From Anaerolineae bacterium (GTDB taxonomy: Bacteria > Chloroflexota > Anaerolineae > JBHIEC01): DNA of 39,691 nucleotides. The number at the start of each line of letters is the position of its first letter. Position 1 is the first letter of the stretch. Under the pieces are notes generated by a model. That model saw nothing but the letters and a program-made list of their open reading frames with translations, did not search any database and had not been told where the DNA came from. The position numbers and the translations under genes were made by a program. The stretch covers positions 1-39,691 of the forward strand of contig JBHIEC010000002.1 of NCBI GenBank assembly GCA_046760425.1. Direction: 5' to 3'. Shown here piece after piece: positions 33,040 to 39,691 of the stretch.

Positions 33040-33396
33040 ATGTCAGTGACCTTTGAAAAATCGCAAGTTCCCAAATCAGCTCAGCTTAAGATCAGCATCC
33101 AGCTCTCAACTGAGGTAAAGGTCTCCGCTTTCGTGGCCAAGCAGAAAGTGAACAGGTTTGTGATCTCGCAAATCGGCAACCTCCTGCACGCGGGCGAACC
33201 TCATCTGTTCGTTGCTGATAGGATCTACTGGCGCGTGCCGGTGTTTTTCTCCCTCCCCTCCGTCGGCCAAGTGGGACAGGTAGGCGAGATCGACGTTGAC
33301 GTGCAAACCGGCGAAATGATGACGGACCCAGCCCTCGTCCAAGGGATCTCACGAAATGCCGAACTGCTTGCTTCCAGTCCCCCATCAAACCCCTGA
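33040..33396 (+). CDS. Hypothetical 118-aa protein (orphan plus-strand gene)
   Basis: ORF 32899..33396 trimmed to ATG 33040, which has GGGAGAGGGGG upstream. The sequence is MSVTFEKSQVPKSAQLKISIQL...DRIYWRVPVFFSLPSVGQVGQVGEIDVDVQTGEMM... The W-x-VPV...G-x-I-x-VD-x-x-TGE tail looks PepSY-like, but this is weak. The gene is AT-shifted. Its 3' end overlaps the convergent TIM-barrel gene by 12 nt. Confidence 0.5.
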   Translation: MSVTFEKSQVPKSAQLKISIQLSTEVKVSAFVAKQKVNRFVISQIGNLLHAGEPHLFVADRIYWRVPVFFSLPSVGQVGQVGEIDVDVQTGEMMTDPALVQGISRNAELLASSPPSNP

Positions 33397-34212
33397 GAGT
33401 CGAAGCACAGCTTCGCTCTTTCGCTTCGCCTCCTCCGCCAACCTCAGCGGCTCCCACTCCCAGTACTCCGGCCGGAACAGCTCCACGGAGCAGACACCGT
33501 CGTAGCCGATGGCCCGCAGGCCACGCAGAATGGGCCGCAGGGGGATGACCCCCTCCCCTGGCAGCAGCCGATGGGCGTCGGTGATCTCGGCTTTGGGCAC
33601 GTCCTCCACGTCGTTGAGGTGAAAGATCCAGAGCCTGGTCGGATCAAGCTGCGCGATGGATTCCAGCATCGAGTCGCCGGCGTAGAAGTGGCAGGCGTCA
33701 ATGACCAGACCCACGTTGGCTCGGTCCACCTCCCGCACGATGGCCCAGGCCTCGGCCAGGGTACGCACCGAGCACCAGGGAAAGCCCAGGAACTCGAAGG
33801 CCAGGCCCACACCGTGCCCCCCTGCGATCACGGCTAGCTCCCGCAGCACGGAGATGGACTCCCGGCGCACGTCCATGAGGCCCGCCCCTTCGGGCAGGGG
33901 GCTAGGGACGACGACGATGTACGGGCAGCCGATGGCCTGAGCGTATCGGCTGAGTTGCTTGCATCGTCCCCGAGCCTCGGCCCGGCCGGCCATGTCGCGA
34001 AAGGTGATGCCCTCGATGGAGTTGATGGCCTGGGCCTTGACCCCCGCCTCAGTCAAAAGACGGGCCACGTCATCCAGCGTGCCCGTCTTCAAGAACTCAT
34101 CCAGCTTGGCGGCCCAGATCTCCACCACGTCGTAGCCAGCCTGGCCCGCCACCTGGATGTCAGTGGGCAGGTCAGCCTTCATAGTTGTCGCCCCATTGAG
34201 CCCGAATAGCAC
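33385..34212 (-). CDS. Sugar phosphate isomerase/epimerase (xylose isomerase-like TIM barrel)
   Basis: GTG start with AAGGAGAGG upstream. Segments include GYDVVEIW, LAFEFLGFPWCSV, HFYAGDS and IFHLNDV. Confidence 0.8.
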   Translation of the reverse strand: MLFGLNGATTMKADLPTDIQVAGQAGYDVVEIWAAKLDEFLKTGTLDDVARLLTEAGVKAQAINSIEGITFRDMAGRAEARGRCKQLSRYAQAIGCPYIVVVPSPLPEGAGLMDVRRESISVLRELAVIAGGHGVGLAFEFLGFPWCSVRTLAEAWAIVREVDRANVGLVIDACHFYAGDSMLESIAQLDPTRLWIFHLNDVEDVPKAEITDAHRLLPGEGVIPLRPILRGLRAIGYDGVCSVELFRPEYWEWEPLRLAEEAKRKSEAVLRLSGV

Positions 34213-34227
34213 GACCCTCTCCTTTCC

Positions 34228-35304
34228 CTACTCCCCCCGGATAGCTCGACACCGCTCGATGGGGAGATGCACCCTCACCTGCTCGCCTCGCTGGAAGCGC
34301 TGGGTGCCATCGGTCTGCACCCGCAGCTCCAGGGCCCGGCCCAGCCGCACACGGTAATCAATCTTGTCCCCCAGGTAGGTCATCTTCTCGATCACGCCCT
34401 CGAAGGTATTCTCCCCCCCGCCCTGATCCCGGGACAGGAGCCGAATCTCGTTGGGCCGCACGAAGACCAGGATCCGCTGCCCCCGCGCCAGATCCTCCGA
34501 GGCGGGGATGAGCAACCGGCCGTCCTCCCTGGCGATCACGGCCCGGCCCAGGTCGTCGAAGGCCGACACAATCCCCTCAATGAAGTTGGACAGCCCGATG
34601 AAGTCGGCCACGAACTTGGACTGGGGCTCCTCGTAGATGGCCTCGGGGGTGCCCACCTGCTCGATGCGCCCCTGGTTCATGATGGCCACCCGGTCGGAGA
34701 GGGCCAGGGCCTCCTCCTGGTCGTGGGTGACGTAGATGGCGGTGATGCCCAGGCGGGTCTGCAGGTCTTTGATTTCGAAGCGCATCTCCTCCCGCAGCTT
34801 GGCGTCCAAGTTAGAGAGGGGCTCGTCCAGGAGCAGCACCTTGGGGCGGTAGACCAGCGCTCGGGCCAGGCCCACCCGCTGTTGCTGGCCGCCAGAGAGC
34901 TGACGGGGGTAATGGTCCTCGTAGCCCTCCATCCGGATCAGGCGCAGGGCCTCCATCACCATCTCCCGCCGCTGGGGTTTGGACAGGTTGCGGATCATGA
35001 GGGGGAACTCCACGTTCTCATAGACGGTCATGTGGGGGAAGAGGGCGAAGTTCTGGAAGACCATGCCCAGTTGTCGTTTGTGGGTAGGCACGTCGGTGAC
35101 GTCCACCCCATCAATGAAGACCCGCCCTTCTTCCGGGGTGATGTACCCGGTGATGCAGCGCAGGGCGGTGGTCTTGCCGCAGCCGGATGGCCCCAGCAGG
35201 GTCAGCAGCTCCCCCCGCCGAATGCCCAGGTTGATGTGGTCGTTGGCCACGATATCCCCGTAGCGCTTGGTGATGTTTTTCAGTTCAACCATATATTCGT
35301 TCAT
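34228..35304 (-). CDS. ABC transporter ATP-binding protein (PotA/FbpC-like with a TOBE-type C-terminus)
   Basis: Motifs are [24 protein letters not shown] and [11 protein letters not shown]. An alternative ATG is at 35292. Confidence 0.9.
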   Translation of the reverse strand: MNEYMVELKNITKRYGDIVANDHINLGIRRGELLTLLGPSGCGKTTALRCITGYITPEEGRVFIDGVDVTDVPTHKRQLGMVFQNFALFPHMTVYENVEFPLMIRNLSKPQRREMVMEALRLIRMEGYEDHYPRQLSGGQQQRVGLARALVYRPKVLLLDEPLSNLDAKLREEMRFEIKDLQTRLGITAIYVTHDQEEALALSDRVAIMNQGRIEQVGTPEAIYEEPQSKFVADFIGLSNFIEGIVSAFDDLGRAVIAREDGRLLIPASEDLARGQRILVFVRPNEIRLLSRDQGGGENTFEGVIEKMTYLGDKIDYRVRLGRALELRVQTDGTQRFQRGEQVRVHLPIERCRAIRGE

Positions 35305-35322
35305 TGTGCCTATCCCTTTACT

Positions 35323-36159
35323 TCACACCCCCTTGAACCCTCCCACCAGCTTCTCCGGCGCCACCTCCCGTTGGATGAGGAACAATACTAGGAAGGAGGG
35401 GATGACCAGGATGACCGACATGGCGGCCGTCACCTCCCAGTAGCCCTCCCCCACAGCCAGATAGGTCCGGATGGGCAGGGTCACAGTCTTGGGCCCGAAG
35501 GTCATCAGGGTCAGGGTGAACTCGTTGTAGGATGTCGTGAAAGTAAAGATGATGGATGACAGAATCCCCGGCATGACCAAAGGCAAGATAACATGGATAA
35601 AGCTCCTGAGGGTGTTGGCGCCGCAGACGCTGGCCGCCTCCAGCACCCGCTCGTCCAGGCTCTCGAAGGTGGCCGAGAGGACCAGGATGGCGTAGGGGGC
35701 GCAGATGGCCACATGGGCCAGGGCGACGCCGATGTGGGTGTTGACCAAGTGGAGCCGGTAGAAGATCCTGGCCACCCCAAGGGCGTAGCAGATGGGCGGG
35801 ATCATCCGCGGGAGCAGGATCAACGACATCAACACCTCTTTGCCCGGGATGCCCCGGCGACCAAAGGCCCAGCCCGTCGGGATGCCGATCAGGGTGCTGA
35901 TGGCCACCGCCAGAGCGGCGATGATCAGGGTGTTCTTGGTGATCTCGGGGATCTTGGCCACCTCGATGGCCCAGCGATACCAATCCAGGGTCAGGGTGGG
36001 GGGCAACCACTTGCGGCCAAACCAGTCCTTGCCCACGGACTTAACCAGGATCATGCCGAAGGGGGCCATGATGTACAGGAAGAAGCTCAGCAGGAAGGTG
36101 TAGACCAGCAGCTTCTTGGCATCAACAAGAGCTCGAGCGTACTGACGTGCCGTGGTCAT
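35323..36159 (-). CDS. ABC transporter permease (PotC-like)
   Basis: Trimmed to ATG 36159, which overlaps the upstream stop (ATGA at 36156-36159). The EAA loop is EAASVCGANTLRSFIHVILPLVMPG. Confidence 0.88.
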   Translation of the reverse strand: MTTARQYARALVDAKKLLVYTFLLSFFLYIMAPFGMILVKSVGKDWFGRKWLPPTLTLDWYRWAIEVAKIPEITKNTLIIAALAVAISTLIGIPTGWAFGRRGIPGKEVLMSLILLPRMIPPICYALGVARIFYRLHLVNTHIGVALAHVAICAPYAILVLSATFESLDERVLEAASVCGANTLRSFIHVILPLVMPGILSSIIFTFTTSYNEFTLTLMTFGPKTVTLPIRTYLAVGEGYWEVTAAMSVILVIPSFLVLFLIQREVAPEKLVGGFKGV

Positions 36160-37010
36160 GCCAGCGGTCTCCTCAGGATTCTCATGTACACCGATAAGAA
36201 GGCGACCTGCAAGGCAGCCATGACGATGGCCATGGCACTGGCCATGGACCACCGGGCCGGGGTGAAGACGTCAATCTGGGTGTATATCTCCACGGAGAGA
36301 GGACGGTAGTTGCCGCCGGTGATGAGGGGGATGCTGAAGGCGCCGAAGGCTGCCATGAAGGTCAAGACCGAGCCGGCCAGGATGCCCGGGGTGATCAGTG
36401 GCAGCACAATGTGGCGCAGGACCTGCCAGCCATTGGCGCCCGCCACCGCCGCCGCCTCCTCGATGCTCCGGTCCAGCCCCTCCGCCGTGGCCAGGGTCGT
36501 CACGGCCGTGTAGGAGAAATAATGCCACACGTAGAAGAGAATCAGACCAGGGATGGTGTAGTTGACGCGTACGGGCTCGTGGATAAAGGGCACAACCTGC
36601 ATCAGGAAGAGATTGACCCACCCTCGGCTGCCCCAGAAAAGGAGCAGTCCAAAGGCTCCGATCAGGCCGGGGACCGTTATGGGCACCAGGATGGTGAACC
36701 GGAACAGGCGATGTCCCCTCAGCTTCTCCCGCAGGATCAGAGCCAGGGGCACGCTGAGCACGATGGACAGCAGAGTGGCCGAGATGGCCAGGAGGAAGGT
36801 CAAGAGGATGACGTTTCTGGAGCCCGGCTTGCTGAGGAAATGGATGTAGTTCTCCAGGGTCCAGCCCGTGCTCTCCCCCTCCGGCCTGAGGCTCCTCATG
36901 ATCGTCACCAGAATGGGGTAGACGAACAGGCCAAAAAAGCTGGCGAACCCCGGTGCCAGCATGAGCAGGGTCACGAGATTGCGCCTCTGCCGCCTGAAGA
37001 AATTCCGCAT
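36156..37010 (-). CDS. ABC transporter permease (PotB-like)
   Basis: 284 aa starting at ATG 37010. The EAA loop is EAAAVAGANGWQVLRHIVLPLITPG. Confidence 0.88.
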   Translation of the reverse strand: MRNFFRRQRRNLVTLLMLAPGFASFFGLFVYPILVTIMRSLRPEGESTGWTLENYIHFLSKPGSRNVILLTFLLAISATLLSIVLSVPLALILREKLRGHRLFRFTILVPITVPGLIGAFGLLLFWGSRGWVNLFLMQVVPFIHEPVRVNYTIPGLILFYVWHYFSYTAVTTLATAEGLDRSIEEAAAVAGANGWQVLRHIVLPLITPGILAGSVLTFMAAFGAFSIPLITGGNYRPLSVEIYTQIDVFTPARWSMASAMAIVMAALQVAFLSVYMRILRRPLA

Positions 37011-37039
37011 CGTCCTTCCACCTAGGCCACCTCAGAGGA

Positions 37040-37071
37040 AGGAGGTAGGCGGGAAACTTCCCACCTACCTC
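37040..37071. repeat. Strong hairpin between the SBP3 and permease genes
   Basis: GGAGGTAGGCGGGAA (37040-54) pairs with TTCCCACCTACCTCC (37057-71). The stem is about 13-14 bp with one mismatch. Confidence 0.7.
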
Positions 37072-37093
37072 CTCACAGCGAGCCGATAGGGCA

Positions 37094-38500
37094 CTACCCT
37101 CCTCCGCCCAGCAGCGCGGGGCCTTCCTCCTTGATGTAGTCAACCAGAGGCTTGTTGGTCATCCGGATCCTGGTGGGCTCGACATCCTCCCAGCGAGGGA
37201 TGACCTCCCAGACCTCGTCCGGGATCTTGTCCCAGATATCCGTGCCCGTGTACTGCCACATAGTGGTGATCAACTGAACTTGCTGCTCGTCGGAGAGCAG
37301 GTAGTTGATCAGCCGATAAGCCACGGGCTTGTACTCCTCGGGAATGTCGGCTGGCACGGCCAGATAACCGTCGGACCCGGCAGTCATCCCCTCCGAGAGG
37401 AAGCCGGCCTTGATGGTGGGCGGCATCGTTCCCTGGTCCCTGGACCACAGGCAGAAGTCCATGGCGTAGAAGCTGATCCAGGTCTCGCCGGCATTGAACC
37501 TCTCGAACAGGTTGGGGCTGGGCTCGGGAGCCAGGGGTTGCTGCGCGGCGGCGTAGAACTCCGTCAGCTTGGCCCAGGCATCCTTGAACTCCGGCGTCTC
37601 CTTCAGCTCCTCGAAGGGCATCTCGATCTTGTCACCCAGGAAGGCGTAGAGGAAGCTGTAGGGCTGTCGGCGCCCGGAGCCGGACTTGGAGTTAGGCCTC
37701 ATCAGGCCGATGTGCCCCCGCCACTCATCCCTTCTCTCATAGAACTCCTTCCAGGAGGTGGGCGGGTCCTTGATGTACTCGGAGTCGTAGATCAGGGTGT
37801 ACTGACTCCTCCAGTAGAGGGCGGCCTTGCCGTCAATGGGGACGCCCACGGCTGTCTTCAGGTACGCCTTGGGGCACTTGGCCAGGTTGGGGATCACGTC
37901 CAGCCGATCCGGGAACAGGGTCTCCAGGCCGATGCCCTGCTCCACCATGTCAGCCACGTGGGTGGGTTTGACGAAGAGCAGGTGAAAGTCGCCCTTGCCC
38001 TTCTCCCAGGCCTTCATGCGCTCCATCATCTCGGAGCTCTTGGAGACGACGTAGTTGATCTTGATGCCCAGGTCCTTCTCGATCTGCGGCAGCACCACAG
38101 TCTGCCAGTAGGCCTGGAAGTTGGAGCCCGAGTTGGTATCCACCATGGTGATCTCGGTGGGGAGCGCCTTCTCGGGCGCCGGCCTCACGTAGGTGGCCAG
38201 GTACTCCGCAGCGGCTTCTTTGCTGGGGATCAGGAACTTCCAGCCGGGGTGGATCAGGCTAGGATTGGTGATGTAGGCAAAGGTGGGGTCGTCAATGGAT
38301 TTCCGGTTGGTCGCGCCGACGATGGCTGGATAGGCCGCGCCATTGCCCAGGTACTTCTCCGCCAGGGTCCAGAGGTTATCGCCCAGCTTCACGGTGTAAA
38401 TCATCTCCTGAGCCAGCGGGGCGGCGCTAGCCACGCTCACCCCCAGGGTCAGCAGCATGGCGAGCACCAAGAGCAAATTGACAAGTGTCCTCTTAGACAT
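37094..38500 (-). CDS. LysM domain fused to a PotD-like ABC substrate-binding protein
   Basis: ATG 38500 has an AGGAGGAGG RBS. The type-I signal peptide ends ...VSVASA-AP, with no lipobox Cys. The LysM domain is YTVKLGDNLWTLAEKYLGNGAAYPAIVGATN...NPSLIHPGWKFLIP (nt 38224-38398). A family-1 SBP fold of about 370 aa follows. Confidence 0.85.
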   Translation of the reverse strand: MSKRTLVNLLLVLAMLLTLGVSVASAAPLAQEMIYTVKLGDNLWTLAEKYLGNGAAYPAIVGATNRKSIDDPTFAYITNPSLIHPGWKFLIPSKEAAAEYLATYVRPAPEKALPTEITMVDTNSGSNFQAYWQTVVLPQIEKDLGIKINYVVSKSSEMMERMKAWEKGKGDFHLLFVKPTHVADMVEQGIGLETLFPDRLDVIPNLAKCPKAYLKTAVGVPIDGKAALYWRSQYTLIYDSEYIKDPPTSWKEFYERRDEWRGHIGLMRPNSKSGSGRRQPYSFLYAFLGDKIEMPFEELKETPEFKDAWAKLTEFYAAAQQPLAPEPSPNLFERFNAGETWISFYAMDFCLWSRDQGTMPPTIKAGFLSEGMTAGSDGYLAVPADIPEEYKPVAYRLINYLLSDEQQVQLITTMWQYTGTDIWDKIPDEVWEVIPRWEDVEPTRIRMTNKPLVDYIKEEGPALLGGGG

Positions 38501-38772
38501 TTGTTGCCTCCTCCTTGTGGCTTAAAACTAAGGCAAGAACCATTCTTACATTTTCATGCAATAGGCATCCCCCCTTTCAGTGCGCATAACGTCCAGCGAA
38601 TTTGCGAAGTTCGGCGGCCACCCACTTTATCGGGCAAGACCCCCGTCGTCCAGCCGCTGCGACCTGGGAAACCCCTCTTGCCCCAAGCCGTCGAACTTGG
38701 CTTTAGCCCGCAGCGCAAATGCGTCTTTATGTGAAGTGGAGCGCCTTCCTATGTGTTATGTAAAATAATCCG

Positions 38773-39576
38773 CTATCTGGCACAGCGGAATCCAACATCG
38801 TCATTAGCCAAGGTCACGGAGCTAGCACTCCGCTCGGTGGTGCGCACCAATTCCTTGTCGCTGAACCAACCACCACCCCTAATCACCCTGTACTTCTCCC
38901 CAAAATAGGGAGACTGATAGTCACTCCCAGGATAGGCCTTGAACCAATCAGCCGTCCACTCAGCAACATTCCCAGCCATGTCCATCACCCCATAGGGACT
39001 CGCCCCGTCTGGGAAACTCCCCACGATGGTGGTCCCCCGGTAACCCGCCTCCTTGGTGTTCGCCTTGGCCATATCCCACTCGTTCCCCCAGGGATAGATG
39101 CGCCCGTCGGTGCCCCGAGCCGCCTTCTCCCACTCCGCTTCGGTAGGCAACCTCTTCCCAGCCCACTCACAATAGGCCTTGGCATCGTTCCAACTCACCT
39201 TCACCACGGGATGCTTGGGCTTGCCCTCGGCATAGGTCCGCCAAGGCATGCTATCGCCCGCCTTCTCAGCGTCGGTTACGTAGCCTGTCTCCGCTACGAA
39301 CCTGGCGAATTCCTCGTTGGTCACCTCGAACACATCAATCTCGAAGGCCTCGACAAAGACCGTGTGGGCCGGCCTCTCGTCCTCAACATCGCTGCCCATG
39401 ATGAACTCGCCGGCGGGGATGGTCACCATCGGCGGCCCTTTGGGAGCTTCGGGCGTGGCCTCGCCTTCCACCTTTGTAGGCTCTGTGGGGATCGGCTGGG
39501 GTGTGGGGGTTGGGGGTTGTGGTGCCACTGGCGGGGAGGGAGACGGGGGGAGGGGTGACACGCTGGCGCACTCCAC
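38773..39576 (-). CDS. Formylglycine-generating enzyme (FGE/SUMF1)-domain protein, no signal peptide
   Basis: Segments are PAGEFIMGS, RPAHTVFVEAFEIDVFEVTNEEF, YPWGNEW, RGGGWF and GFRCAR. The ORF opens at GTG 39576 directly into a Pro-rich linker. An in-frame stop lies at 39595-97. The internal ATG 39429 (MVTIPAGEF) is an alternative start. Confidence 0.8.
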   Translation of the reverse strand: MECASVSPLPPSPSPPVAPQPPTPTPQPIPTEPTKVEGEATPEAPKGPPMVTIPAGEFIMGSDVEDERPAHTVFVEAFEIDVFEVTNEEFARFVAETGYVTDAEKAGDSMPWRTYAEGKPKHPVVKVSWNDAKAYCEWAGKRLPTEAEWEKAARGTDGRIYPWGNEWDMAKANTKEAGYRGTTIVGSFPDGASPYGVMDMAGNVAEWTADWFKAYPGSDYQSPYFGEKYRVIRGGGWFSDKELVRTTERSASSVTLANDDVGFRCAR

Positions 39577-39691
39577 CCCACCTCTGGGAGAAACTCAAAC
39601 CCCTCGCCCGCGAGATGCGCCGCCATCCCACCCCGGCGGAAGACAAACTGTGGCAACGGCTACGCAACCGTGAACTGTTGGGCCTCAAGTT
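39555..39691 (+). CDS. DUF559 / Vsr-like endonuclease-domain protein, 3' end outside the window
   Basis: Hand translation of the plus frame gives ...LWEKLKPLAREMRRHPTPAEDKLWQRLRNRELLGLKF, the characteristic DUF559 N-terminus (AR.LR...T.aE..LW..LR.r.l.g.kF). The start is uncertain, with GTG 39555 as one candidate. It runs off the right edge, so it is absent from the ORF track. Confidence 0.6.
   Translation, partial: MTRWRTPPHLWEKLKPLAREMRRHPTPAEDKLWQRLRNRELLGLK

Noticed and set aside
1-39691. tRNA, rRNA, tmRNA, SRP RNA and known riboswitches in the intergenic regions and long leaders (8941-9130, 23815-24113, 38501-38772, 18949-19171).
   Set aside because: I scanned by eye for T-loop GGTTCGAATCC-type boxes, SRP/6S/tmRNA cores and TPP (CUGAGA...) and other riboswitch cores and found none. 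This is a by-eye negative and should be confirmed with tRNAscan-SE and cmscan.

Overview
39.7-kb high-GC bacterial chromosomal segment. The protein style (lipoprotein SBPs with V/E/K-rich linkers, RAYT/IS200-type transposase) suggests a Chloroflexota-like organism, but that is a low-confidence inference. I count 36 intact CDS on the minus strand and only 2 on the plus strand, plus one plus-strand sRNA candidate. Content from left to right: (1) fused MNT-HEPN gene (partial), GT4 glycosyltransferase, gatC, DUF429, P-type cation ATPase; (2) CoA-transferase A/B + AtoE-like transporter operon behind a perfect consensus promoter; (3) a six-gene operon: creatininase-family protein, 2 xylose-isomerase-like TIM barrels, 2-hydroxyacid dehydrogenase, class-I-aldolase-like protein, PPi-type phosphofructokinase; (4) ParB/Srx-like protein translationally coupled to a metallophosphoesterase, and a Vps62-like/GDPD fusion; (5) sugar ABC transporter 1 in ugpBAEC-Q-like order; (6) an accessory patch at 24.9-28.0 kb: HAD phosphatase, an IS200/RAYT-type element with hairpin ends and a frameshifted tnpA, a TIM-barrel gene, a promoter-to-terminator sRNA candidate, an AT-shifted DUF3800 + 71-aa gene pair, a solo copy of the element end, an oxidoreductase shard, and darA; (7) an AT-shifted ABC transporter 2 block; (8) further Gfo/Idh/MocA shards and a plus-strand 118-aa orphan gene; (9) PotABCD-like ABC transporter 3 with a LysM-fused binding protein; (10) an FGE-domain gene overlapping a divergent DUF559 gene (partial). 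The most unusual items are the orphan sRNA with the DUF3800 cassette boxed by transposon-end copies, the fragmented oxidoreductase, several intergenic spacers built from phased short repeats, and the creatininase-containing sugar-phosphate operon. All family calls come from reading the translations and from memory. No searches were run.
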